Below are positions 30,167 to 38,597 of a stretch of 64,000 nt of DNA, in pieces. The translations under genes were made by a program, and so were the position numbers. Every line of letters begins with the position of its first letter. The stretch's first letter is position 1. Source of the stretch: a virus. Lineage: Duplodnaviria > Caudoviricetes. Below the pieces are notes generated by a model. It worked only from the letters and a program-made list of their open reading frames with translations. It made no database searches and was not told the origin of the DNA. The stretch spans positions 34,419 to 98,418 of the IMG/VR virus record IMGVR_UViG_3300043364_000002. One strand, 5' to 3'.

Positions 30167-30333
30167 GCCGCGAGCGCGCCCGTCAGCAAGTCAAGCGCGC
30201 AACGATCGAAGCAGTCATCATCCGCGCCGATGGGAGGCGCGAGAATCTAGGCATTGTGGGGGAATACAGGTCAGGCATCGGCTTCAAGATCATTCAGATC
30301 TTGAAGGACGTTGTTAGGAGACTCGCCCCATGA
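30163..30333 (+). CDS. Small protein (56 aa) opening the fibre cassette
   Basis: Not in the ORF track. ATGA-coupled at both ends. MSRERARQQVKRATIEAVIIRADGRRENLGIV... Confidence 0.6.
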   Translation: MSRERARQQVKRATIEAVIIRADGRRENLGIVGEYRSGIGFKIIQILKDVVRRLAP

Positions 30334-30734
30334 TGTTCGCATTATCCGTTCTCGCGTTGCTCGCAGCAACGCTCGTCGTCAACACCGGCAAAGCCATCGT
30401 CACCAATCGAATCAAAGGCGCCGGCACGGAGCCTCTTTTTGTCGCCTGGGGGACCGGCGCCGGCACCACTGCAGCAACTGACACAACGCTTTTCACCGAA
30501 GCGTCAGAGGCGCGTGTGTCTGGCACGAGTACGCAGCAGACCACTACAACGACGAACGATACCTATCGCGTCGTCGGTACCATGACGGTGGCTGGCTCAG
30601 GGAAGACCATTACCAATGTTGGGTTGCTGGATGCCAGTTCGGCTGGCAACCTATTCTTCAAAAGCGATTTCACTGGGCTCGCTCTCAACGTTGGCGACGC
30701 AATCGCCTTCACGATCTCTGTCCAGTTCACCTAG
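30330..30734 (+). CDS. Beta-sandwich virion fibre subunit-like protein
   Basis: VVNTGKAIVTNRIKG...WGTGAGT...TITNVGLLDASSAGNL...LNVGDAIAFT pattern. Confidence 0.6.
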   Translation: MMFALSVLALLAATLVVNTGKAIVTNRIKGAGTEPLFVAWGTGAGTTAATDTTLFTEASEARVSGTSTQQTTTTTNDTYRVVGTMTVAGSGKTITNVGLLDASSAGNLFFKSDFTGLALNVGDAIAFTISVQFT

Positions 30735-31172
30735 ATGGCAACCTATTCTCTCGGCGTCGTAACTCCCGCTGCCGCTGCCGGCGCCGCGTATGCGTCGATC
30801 CACACGGCATCAACCGACCGCGCCAAGGTTCTAGAACTTGGCGCCTTCTGCAACGCTGCCACGGCGTCAAGTATCGGGATCATCCGGTCGTCGAATACGC
30901 CGGTTGCTACAACGTCCGCGCTTGGACAGGCGGAAGATCCGAACGACCCAGCTGCGACTGTGAACATCGACACCGCGTGGTCGACAGCGCCGACGATCGG
31001 GTCAAACTTTCTTCGTCGTTTCGTGTCCGCCGCTTCGATTGGCAGCGGTGTGATCTGGACGTGGCCGAAAGACGCGCCGCTGATTATCCAAGTGTCTACG
31101 TGGCTGGTCGTATGGAACTACGGTGCTGGCGCCGGATCTGCGCTTAGCCTATACGTCAAGTACGACGAGTAA
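30735..31172 (+). CDS. Hypothetical beta-rich virion protein
   Basis: Abuts the previous stop. Confidence 0.55.
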   Translation: MATYSLGVVTPAAAAGAAYASIHTASTDRAKVLELGAFCNAATASSIGIIRSSNTPVATTSALGQAEDPNDPAATVNIDTAWSTAPTIGSNFLRRFVSAASIGSGVIWTWPKDAPLIIQVSTWLVVWNYGAGAGSALSLYVKYDE

Positions 31173-31184
31173 CCGCGGGCGAAT

Positions 31185-32807
31185 ATGCCCGTATTCACGA
31201 ACTGGGTAAGCTCGGAGGGTGGCCGGTGGAAGCCGGATGTCCAGCCGTTTGACCCGCCGAAAGCGTCGGCCGTCTTCGTCGCCGGAACCACCTATTCCGT
31301 CACGCTAGTGGTTGGCATTGCGTCGACGGCGTCCATAGTACGAGCGCTCGGCAAGGCTATTCAGGTGGCGTCAGTATCGTCGCCGTCGGTAACGCGCAAT
31401 CTGCCTCTTTCGGCTGCCGCCGCGTCGGTAGCTGTACCGAGTCAAATTCGCTCGGCGCTGAAGCCAATGCTTGCGTCCGTGTCAGTGGTCGCGACTTCGA
31501 CGGTCGCTAAGATCTACGCCAAGGCGCTAGCCGCGTCGGCCGTTGGCGTGGTGGCGTTAGCGAGATCTGCGGCGCTTGCACGGGTCGCCACGCTGGCCAC
31601 TCAAGTCGGCGTTGTACGCTCGCTGGCGCGAGCGTCTGCCGCCACGATATCCGGGCATGCGATTGTGGCGCGCGGAATAGCGAAACCATTCGCTGCATCG
31701 TTGGCCACGTCGTCCGTGCTGGTCGTTGGCAGGCTATTTGTTAGGACGCTTTCGGCGTCGTCCACCGTAGCAGCCTCCGTGACGCGCAGCGTAGGGTCTC
31801 TTCGGTCGGCGTCGATAGCCGCCGGAATCGGTTTACTCCGAAACATCGGATTCCGCCGCGGCATAACGGTTGCCGTTGGCGCATCTGTACTTCGATCGCT
31901 GCCAAGGGCCATCGCCTCGTCTCTGTCTGTGGGTCCAGCCGTACTCAAAGCCATCGGATTGCCGAAGTCGGCGACCCAGCCGGCCACTCCAACTTTTCGC
32001 CGCTCTGCCGGCTTGCTACGGGCCTCGACAGCGCCGGCCGCGTCTACGCTGCGCCGAACGGTCGGCGTCGCAAGGGCAGACGCCAGGACGACTGGCGCTG
32101 CCATTGGGAGGCAGGTCGGCATGGGCCGATCCGTGGCAGCCTCCGTCGCCGCGGCGCTGTCCAAGCTTCTGCCGCGCACCTTTGCGCGGACCGTCACTAC
32201 GTCGGCCTCAGCCTCAAAGGCCTACGTCCGAACGCTCGCCGCGGGCGTTGCCGCTTCGGCCAGCGTGAGGCGGGCGGTTGGCCTGCCGCGCGTCGCAGCG
32301 GTAGGGACTTCGCTGGCGCTCAAACGAGCGCTCACGTTCGCGCGTTCCTCCAGCGCTGCCGTTGCGAGCTCGTTCCGACGTACGGTGCCGAAGACCTACG
32401 CAGCATCTGCCGCAGTGGCCCCGGCGCTTGCGCGGATCTTTGGGCGCAATCTGTCTCCAGCGCCAGTCACAGCGGCCGCGGCAATATCCAGGAAGGTCGG
32501 CCTTCCCGTAGTCGTCGCATTGTCTGCCGCCAGCACGATCACGCGAGCCATCTCGCGGTCGTTCGGCTTATTCGTTGGTTTTCTATCCAACCTCTTCAGT
32601 TTCCTGCCGACGGCCGCGACAGGCACTGTTGCCGTATCGGACGCTCCGACGTGGCGCGTAGCAATGACGGCTGAGCCGTTAGGCAGCGCGACAGCTTCGG
32701 CGTCTCCTGCGCTAGCCGCCGTGTCCACCGGCGCCACTCTTCTCGGTTCCGTCGGCGTCTCCGACCGAGCCAGTGCCACGTGCATCGCAACTCACGCTCT
32801 GAAGTGA
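31185..32807 (+). CDS. Ala/Ser/Val/Arg-rich protein with about 22 tandem 18-aa repeats
   Basis: R/K recurs every 18 residues. The repeat region has almost no acidic residues. Confidence 0.7.
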   Translation: MPVFTNWVSSEGGRWKPDVQPFDPPKASAVFVAGTTYSVTLVVGIASTASIVRALGKAIQVASVSSPSVTRNLPLSAAAASVAVPSQIRSALKPMLASVSVVATSTVAKIYAKALAASAVGVVALARSAALARVATLATQVGVVRSLARASAATISGHAIVARGIAKPFAASLATSSVLVVGRLFVRTLSASSTVAASVTRSVGSLRSASIAAGIGLLRNIGFRRGITVAVGASVLRSLPRAIASSLSVGPAVLKAIGLPKSATQPATPTFRRSAGLLRASTAPAASTLRRTVGVARADARTTGAAIGRQVGMGRSVAASVAAALSKLLPRTFARTVTTSASASKAYVRTLAAGVAASASVRRAVGLPRVAAVGTSLALKRALTFARSSSAAVASSFRRTVPKTYAASAAVAPALARIFGRNLSPAPVTAAAAISRKVGLPVVVALSAASTITRAISRSFGLFVGFLSNLFSFLPTAATGTVAVSDAPTWRVAMTAEPLGSATASASPALAAVSTGATLLGSVGVSDRASATCIATHALK

Positions 32808-32811
32808 CCCC

Positions 32812-33093
32812 ATGGCAAACTATTCTGTCGGCTGCGAAGCACGCCTGTCCGCAACGTTCACCAGCTCGTCAGGCGTTGTCGCCGACCCTACGACAGTTAC
32901 GCTCAAGATCAAGGATCCGAGCAAGTCAGCGATGACGTACACGAGCGGATGGGTCAAGGATTCTACCGGCGTCTATCACTTCGATCTCACGCTCACGAAG
33001 CCAGGCGCATGGTACTACCGCTGGATCGGGACAGGTACAGTTGTCGCTGCCGCTGAAGGTTCACTCACCGTGCAGAAGAGCGAGTTCATGTGA
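32812..33093 (+). CDS. Small Ig-like (BppU-like) virion protein
   Basis: DPTTVTLKIKDP...STGVYHFD...GAWYYRWIGTG motif. Confidence 0.6.
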   Translation: MANYSVGCEARLSATFTSSSGVVADPTTVTLKIKDPSKSAMTYTSGWVKDSTGVYHFDLTLTKPGAWYYRWIGTGTVVAAAEGSLTVQKSEFM

Positions 33094-33317
33094 CGCTAAG
33101 ACGCAAGCGCGGCACCGGCTGCGTTACTCAGCGAGGCGAAGCGTATTTCGTAGCGTACGCTCCGCAGCTTGGCGGGCGCGGCGCCAAGCAACACCGCATC
33201 GCTACGCGACCGACCTACCAGGCTGCCGCGCTAGAGCTCGACGCGTGGCTGAATCGGAGCGGCCGCATCTTGCGACGCGAGACGGTTGCAGAAAAACGAG
33301 CACGTACCCACAAATGA
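33090..33317 (+). CDS. Stand-alone integrase arm-binding-like DNA-binding protein
   Basis: RKRGTGCVTQR..YFVAY...TYQAAALEL resembles tyrosine integrase N-terminal domains. Confidence 0.5.
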   Translation: MTLRRKRGTGCVTQRGEAYFVAYAPQLGGRGAKQHRIATRPTYQAAALELDAWLNRSGRILRRETVAEKRARTHK

Positions 33318-33979
33318 CCGAAGAACTCCTTCCAAACGTACTCACGCCGATCGATCCTGAAGCACTCGCCGATGCGCTCGTTCATGCCTGGCGCAAGCTG
33401 CTCGGCACCATCCCGAGCCGCGAGGCGATTCTACTTCTTCTAGCTCAGAGCGCTCACGAGACGGGACGCTGGAAGTCGGCCCATTGCTACAACATCGGTA
33501 ACGCGAAGGGCAAAGCCGGCGACGGTCGCGATTACACGCAGTTTCGCTGCTGGGAACTCGTGAACGGGCAGAAGGTGTGGTTCGATCCGCCGCATCCAGC
33601 GACGCGCTTCCGTGCGTTCCGCTCGCTAGAGCTAGGCGTGATCGATTATTTCGGCGTGCTCCGCGGTCGCTACGTGAGCGCATGGCCAGCCGTCGAAGCC
33701 GGAGACGCCATTGCGTTCGTGCATGCGCTGAAGGTCAAGGGATACTTCACCGACACCGAGGAGAACTACTCCAAGGCGGTCGTGAGTTTCGTGAATCTCT
33801 ACCGAGCGCAGCTGCACTTCGAGGTTCGCCCAGTGGACGACATCGCGTTTGACGACGACGCACGCGCGCTCATTGCCGGACAGATCGCCGTGAGCTTGCG
33901 AGACATGGCGCGCGAGGCAGACGACGAAGCTAGGGCCGACACCGAGCCGGCGCCGCCGAAGCCAGATGACGTCGCCTAA
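33314..33979 (+). CDS. Endolysin, GH73/FlgJ-like glycosidase
   Basis: AQSAHETG, NIGNAKG, FRAFRSLELGVIDY and GYFTD motifs. Start at ATG 33314. Confidence 0.8.
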   Translation: MTEELLPNVLTPIDPEALADALVHAWRKLLGTIPSREAILLLLAQSAHETGRWKSAHCYNIGNAKGKAGDGRDYTQFRCWELVNGQKVWFDPPHPATRFRAFRSLELGVIDYFGVLRGRYVSAWPAVEAGDAIAFVHALKVKGYFTDTEENYSKAVVSFVNLYRAQLHFEVRPVDDIAFDDDARALIAGQIAVSLRDMAREADDEARADTEPAPPKPDDVA

Positions 33980-33991
33980 CATTCCCCGCAG

Positions 33992-34240
33992 TTGACCGAA
34001 CAGGAGCAGCTTATGGCTACCCCTTCTTTTTGCCCGCACTGCGGCTGCGAGCAAACCGATCTCGGCGAGTTTGGTCACGTCTGCACGGACTGCGGAGTGG
34101 CGATCGTGCCGGGAGAAATTCTCGGGGCGGTAACCTCCGTTTCATGCCCGGCCTGCGAACGATGCGCCGAATGTCATGGGCGCCACCTCGTTACGCCTGA
34201 GCACGCCGCCAGGATCCGCGCCGCCGCAACGAGAGTCTGA
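33992..34240 (+). CDS. Small Cys-rich zinc-finger-like protein
   Basis: Four CxxC pairs. Confidence 0.45.
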   Translation: MTEQEQLMATPSFCPHCGCEQTDLGEFGHVCTDCGVAIVPGEILGAVTSVSCPACERCAECHGRHLVTPEHAARIRAAATRV

Positions 34241-34299
34241 ATCACCGCGCCGAATAGGCGCTCAGTAGCAAAACCAACGCCTTGGATGGAGGCTGGACC

Positions 34300-35100
34300 A
34301 TGAGAACAGTTCTATTTGTCGTGTGCGCGGTATTTCTTTTTGGTTGCTCGAGTGCTGACGTGGAAGGCGTCGTCGAGCAGTCGCAAGCGCCGCTCGTCAC
34401 CACTGTGTCGGCGATCAACGGCACAACCAATCTTCCGGCCGCGAGCCAATACTTCTGCCATCCTACGCGCTTCCTAGCAGCCGGCGCACACGCTGGCTCG
34501 CCAGTGCTGCCGCCGTGGCAAGTGATCGAGCGTGGCGCAGACTTTGGTTACGATCCGAATGCTATTTCCGCAATCCCATACGGCGGACAGGGCAACGCGC
34601 GCATGGATGTGCAGTGTGACTCGTGGTCTAACTTCCACGGCAATCTCACGTACGCTGGGCTGGTCGGCAATTATTTCCTGACGTGGAGCCCCACAGGAAC
34701 GATATCGCCTGTCTCTGGTGCCGTCGGTGCCTACTACCAGGATTCTCCGTGTTGGCTTTCCGGCGTGTATGGGTTGTCGAACGGCAACTCCGAGAAGGCT
34801 TGGATCGACACCACGAGCAACCCTGGCATCTACACGCTCAACGCCATCGGCTTCCGTGGTCTATCGGCGCAGACGGAGTGCGCCGCACTTGGCCGCCCGC
34901 TCACCGGGCAACAGTGGCTCACCGCAACGACAGCGCAGTCGCCGTACAGCAGCTATGGGAGCAGCACGGGCATCTGCCTGATCATGTCGGCGGAGGGTAA
35001 CATCGATGACGGCTCTATCACCGTCTGGGGCGGTGCGCAGATGCGGTTGGCCGTGACCGGCGGCGTTAGCAAAGCCACCGCGATGTGTTTTCCGTATTGA
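34300..35100 (+). CDS. Lipoprotein with three Cys-bracketed modules (paralog of 43187-44038)
   Basis: GGAGG RBS, lipobox FLFGC. Confidence 0.75.
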   Translation: MRTVLFVVCAVFLFGCSSADVEGVVEQSQAPLVTTVSAINGTTNLPAASQYFCHPTRFLAAGAHAGSPVLPPWQVIERGADFGYDPNAISAIPYGGQGNARMDVQCDSWSNFHGNLTYAGLVGNYFLTWSPTGTISPVSGAVGAYYQDSPCWLSGVYGLSNGNSEKAWIDTTSNPGIYTLNAIGFRGLSAQTECAALGRPLTGQQWLTATTAQSPYSSYGSSTGICLIMSAEGNIDDGSITVWGGAQMRLAVTGGVSKATAMCFPY

Positions 35101-35320
35101 GCGTGGAGCCGAAGCGCTACCAAAGCGTTCGCGAGCATCTCTGCTCGCAAGAAACGCTCACGGATTGTCCTGCGTGTGCGGGCAATGTCGTGCTTCGGTA
35201 CGCATGCGCCGTGTGCGCCGGAGCCGGCATGGTGACGGTCGCACGGGCAGACGAATGGCGCGCAAGCAAGGGACTGCCGAAGAGACGCGGACCGCTACCG
35301 CCGCCGTCGCATCCGAAACG

Positions 35321-35554
35321 CTAGCGCGGCGTCTGCCACGCGGCGCGCAGGATCCACCGCGTCTCCGGCCCCAGCGCGAGCTTGACGGCGTCGTCACGCT
35401 GCTCCGGTGGTAGTCGCTCCAGCGTTTCGCGGATCGTTGCCGCCGCGTCTTCGACGGTCGCGATCGGCTTCGGCAGGTGTGCTACCAGCGTGCGGATGAC
35501 TTCGCGCGGGTCAATCTCTCGAATGGTCGGCGCCGCGTATCGTTTTTGGTCCAT
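35321..35554 (-). CDS. Hypothetical protein
   Basis: G-rich RBS and candidate TAGACG..TAGCGT promoter upstream. Confidence 0.5.
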   Translation of the reverse strand: MDQKRYAAPTIREIDPREVIRTLVAHLPKPIATVEDAAATIRETLERLPPEQRDDAVKLALGPETRWILRAAWQTPR

Positions 35555-35639
35555 CGTCCCCCCATCGTTCCGACACGCTAACGCCGCTCGCGCCCGCTCG
35601 TCTACTGTGATTTGACAGCGTCATCTGTGGCGTAATCGC

Positions 35640-35753
35640 CGCACCCCAACAGCCTTACGTAACCGCCGGCCACGCCTCCTACCCTCCTGGGTTGTGCGTG
35701 GCTCGGCGGTCCTTTTCAGCCGCCTTCGCCTTCGGGTGAGGGCGGCTTTTTTT
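35640..35753 (+). ncRNA. Candidate small structured RNA
   Basis: 14-bp stem 35662-35710 with CU-rich loops, followed by an intrinsic terminator. TTGACA at 35612. Confidence 0.4.
35718..35753 (+). terminator. Rho-independent terminator
   Basis: AGCCGCCTTCGCC-TTCG-GGTGAGGGCGGCT then T run. Confidence 0.85.
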
Positions 35754-35765
35754 GCGTTTGGTACG

Positions 35766-35954
35766 TCAGAAGCAGCCGGAGATCTTCATACACGTGCCGC
35801 TCGGCGCGTACGGCGTCGCCTTGACGCAAACCTCGCACCTGTCGTTGCATCCGGCCGTGTTGAAGCACATCGCTCCTGGGAACGAAGGCGGCGGCGCGAC
35901 GCGCGCGTTGGAGCTGACGGAAAACATCACGATCGCAGCGGCGAGTAGTTTCAT
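35766..35954 (-). CDS. Small secreted 6-Cys peptide
   Basis: Hydrophobic N-terminus, six Cys, AGGAG RBS. Confidence 0.55.
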   Translation of the reverse strand: MKLLAAAIVMFSVSSNARVAPPPSFPGAMCFNTAGCNDRCEVCVKATPYAPSGTCMKISGCF

Positions 35955-36533
35955 TGGGGACTCCTGTCGTTGTTCTTGTCGGTCGTATCACACGCTGGGC
36001 ACACACGATCGCCGTCTTCGTCTTCTGGCCACCGCCTCGCGCTCTCCGGGTCTTCGTACTCGCCGCAGTGACTGCATTGATTTACGGCGACCAGCGGCTG
36101 ACCGCGGAATGTGGAGACTAGGGCGCGGACTTTGGGGGAGATCATTATCTACCTCTAACCAGATGCCCGCGGCCAGCGTCGACTAGCTCCGCGTCAATCT
36201 CACTCTGCGTCCGCATGTACTCTCGCGGCATTCCGGCGAAGTAACGTCGCCAGTAGTCGTGCTCCTCGCAGCACGCCTGGCACGGCTCGCCGTCGTCGGC
36301 GTCGCACGGATGATCAAGGTCGGCGTTGCATTCGATGGTCATCGCTCGCCTCGCGACTGTTGAGCGGCAAGTTCGCAGAGAATGCCGTGGCACCGATCGC
36401 ACTGTTCTTCTGCGTGTACGCTGTCGAAGTGGACGGCGCGAACCGCGACATCGTATCGTGCGCAGCCAGCGCACCGAAGGTAGCCTAGTTCGTCGACGTG
36501 ACCGACAACGGTGTCACTGGCAACGCGACTCAC
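35951..36533 (-). other. Three coupled small Cys-rich ORFs (35951-36145, 36145-36342, 36339-36533)
   Basis: Overlapping start/stop codons and CxxC pairs. Confidence 0.55.
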
Positions 36534-37141
36534 TTCACCCTCTTAACTTCGACGGCCGGGCATGCGCCGCCGCCGAAGCTCAGCTTCTGGCCGACTTCCA
36601 GATGCGCCAGGTCAGCAAGGTCGACCTCAGAGAGGGTCTCGCCGTTCGCGTCCACGAACTCGTCGATGGTGCACTCGCCGCAGTCGCCGTCGTCGTCGGT
36701 GTAGGCCAGTAGGGCTTTCGAGGTGTCGATCATCGTTGCGGTGCTCATCGTGAATCCTCCGTGGTGGTCTTTGCGGCCTTTGCTGGCGGCGAGAGTGGCT
36801 GCGCGCTTGGCAGCCGTTGCTGCCTTGCGGGCTGCGTCGTACGCGGCCTTGCGTGCGTCCGTGATGGCGAGCACCTGAACGCGCAGCATGGCCGACAGCG
36901 TGTCCTGAATCGGCCTGGAGAAGTCCGCCTCTGCCGCGGCTTGCATGCTCTCGGTCACGGTCGGCCATCCGCCAGCGTCGACGCACTTGAGACAGATGCC
37001 TTCCAGCGAGCCCTGCCCGTACTTCGCGAAGTCGATGCCCTGGCACGAGAGACACGGCACGGGCTTCGACTTCTTGTGTTGATGCAAGGAGAGAATGCTG
37101 AGCGGCGTCTTGCGGTACCAAGCTTTTTGCGTCGTCTTCAT
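36530..37141 (-). CDS. Hypothetical protein with in-frame internal start at 36748
   Basis: Leaderless ATG at 37141, CxxC pairs, internal GGAGG-7nt-ATG. Confidence 0.55.
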   Translation of the reverse strand: MKTTQKAWYRKTPLSILSLHQHKKSKPVPCLSCQGIDFAKYGQGSLEGICLKCVDAGGWPTVTESMQAAAEADFSRPIQDTLSAMLRVQVLAITDARKAAYDAARKAATAAKRAATLAASKGRKDHHGGFTMSTATMIDTSKALLAYTDDDGDCGECTIDEFVDANGETLSEVDLADLAHLEVGQKLSFGGGACPAVEVKRVK

Positions 37142-37176
37142 GAATATCAACCTATCATGACTGTCCAGACAGTCAA
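37142..37176 (-). promoter_or_regulatory. sigma70-type leaderless promoter with perfect operator palindrome
   Basis: TTGACT-16nt-TAGGTT (extended TGn)-7nt-ATG. TGACTGTC-CA-GACAGTCA at 37158-37175. Confidence 0.7.
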
Positions 37177-37220
37177 TACCAGGTAAGACGATTTCTTGTA
37201 AGTCGCGGGAACTGCGCCGC

Positions 37221-37499
37221 TTACCGGCGTCGTTTTGCGGCGCTTTGGTCGGCCTTTATCGCGTCGCAGCGCCGTTTGAGGTCGGCCAACACAGCGGGAC
37301 TTCGCGCCGCTTCTGCCTGCGATACGACGCACGCTTCGGCGACGGCGCTCATCTTGTGCGCGAGCTTCACCGCGAGACCGGCTAGCGCCGCTTTCCCTTC
37401 TGGCGAAACGGTCAGCGAAACCTTTGGGCGGTTACGGTCGTCTTGCTTCGGCGATGACCACTTCGGCCCGCGGTCTCTCTTCGCTGCACGTTTCTGCAT
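37221..37499 (-). CDS. Ribbon-helix-helix DNA-binding protein
   Basis: RPKVSLTVSPEGKAALAGLAVKL...MSAVAEACV strand-helix-helix pattern. Confidence 0.65.
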   Translation of the reverse strand: MQKRAAKRDRGPKWSSPKQDDRNRPKVSLTVSPEGKAALAGLAVKLAHKMSAVAEACVVSQAEAARSPAVLADLKRRCDAIKADQSAAKRRR

Positions 37500-37534
37500 T
37501 GTTCTGTTGTAAGGCGACTGTCATGACGTCGCAA
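37500..37534 (-). promoter_or_regulatory. sigma70-type leaderless promoter with related operator
   Basis: TTGCGA-17nt-TACAAC-6nt-ATG. GACTGTC-AT-GACGTC at 37516-37530. Confidence 0.55.
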
Positions 37535-37795
37535 GGCGCCGCGTTCGTTCGGCCTCAACCCAGCCTTCCTAATCAAGTACACGTCGATCCAAGCCACCGT
37601 CTTCTCGCACTGCACGGTCTCCGGGTCAGCGCCCGCCGCCTTGAAGCACGCCGCCGCTTGCGCGTAGAGCGCCCGTGCGCCGCCGAGGTCCTTCGCGCGT
37701 AGGGCACGCCATAGCGGCGACGCAGGCAGCGCCGCCAGCCGCGTAGGCGTCGGAACGGAGGGAACGCCGAGCGCTGCCGAAGTAGTAGCCGCGGT

Positions 37796-38050
37796 TCACG
37801 ACGCCATCTCCTCTTCCAAGCCAAGCCCGGGGCCGAGCATTCCGACGCACGCCGCGCGGTCCCAGACCATCCAGTCCACGATAGCGATTCTCAGCTCACG
37901 AATGGCTTCGTTCCTGTCGGCGTCGCTTTTGCTGTTTTGGTATGAAAGCACGGCCCTGTTGACTTGCATCGGAGCGTACCAACCTTCGTTCTCGACGAGG
38001 AACGACATGCAGATGTCGGCCATGGCGTAGGTGACGCGGAAGCGGCTCAC
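37796..38050 (-). CDS. Hypothetical protein
   Basis: GTG start overlaps the upstream TGA. Confidence 0.5.
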   Translation of the reverse strand: MSRFRVTYAMADICMSFLVENEGWYAPMQVNRAVLSYQNSKSDADRNEAIRELRIAIVDWMVWDRAACVGMLGPGLGLEEEMAS

Positions 38051-38194
38051 GACGCCACCGCCGTTCGGCCGTTACGGGCCAGGATGGCAGCGCGTTCGCC
38101 TTCGGGATGCTCGAGACGCACGTGGCTGTAGAAGTTGACATGAAAAGTAGTCGCTCTGGATGTCCGAGCCGTCGAAGTTGTAGTTCGTGTTCAT
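38047..38194 (-). pseudogene. Frameshifted small ORF (LPD29-like motif)
   Basis: Removing one base of the A run at 38143-38146 gives MNTNYNFDGSDIQSDYFHVNFYSHVRLE..., whose stop overlaps the next start. Confidence 0.55.
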
Positions 38195-38203
38195 GTTGGG
38201 ATC

Positions 38204-38223
38204 CTATTGCGAGAGCTGTGCCA
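38204..38223 (-). promoter_or_regulatory. sigma54-type promoter P1
   Basis: TGGCACAGCTCTCGCAATAG, ATG 14 nt after GC. Confidence 0.8.
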
Positions 38224-38230
38224 GCGTTCC

Positions 38231-38557
38231 TCAGTGATCGCCGGCCGGGCCAGCGCGGTAGCCGTCTGCCATTACAAGGTAGCCGGGGACGACGTCTAAG
38301 TAGGTGACGAGCGTCGTTCCCTTGATCCGTTCGCGGGTTACGCGTGCGATCGTGGCGGTGTAGTGGATGACGGCTTCCTCCACATCGGCAATGGTGACGC
38401 CAGCCGCCGCTAGGTCGTCGTCTGTCACGATGGCGTGGATTCGGTCCTTCCAGTCGCCACGGAGGCTCTTGACGCCGTATAGCGCCATAACGGCGGCATT
38501 GGGCGCCGGGGTGACGAGGTCGAACGCGGTACCGAGCTTGTCTTGGTTCGTTTGCAT
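38231..38557 (-). CDS. Hypothetical protein (cassette P2)
   Basis: DWKDRI...VEEAVIHYTAT...ADGYRAGP, leaderless start. Confidence 0.7.
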   Translation of the reverse strand: MQTNQDKLGTAFDLVTPAPNAAVMALYGVKSLRGDWKDRIHAIVTDDDLAAAGVTIADVEEAVIHYTATIARVTRERIKGTTLVTYLDVVPGYLVMADGYRAGPAGDH

Positions 38558-38565
38558 GACGGAGG

Positions 38566-38585
38566 CTATTGCTAGCGCCGTGCCA
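38566..38585 (-). promoter_or_regulatory. sigma54-type promoter P2
   Basis: TGGCACGGCGCTAGCAATAG, ATG 13 nt after GC. Confidence 0.8.
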
Positions 38586-38597
38586 GCGGCTCAGCGC

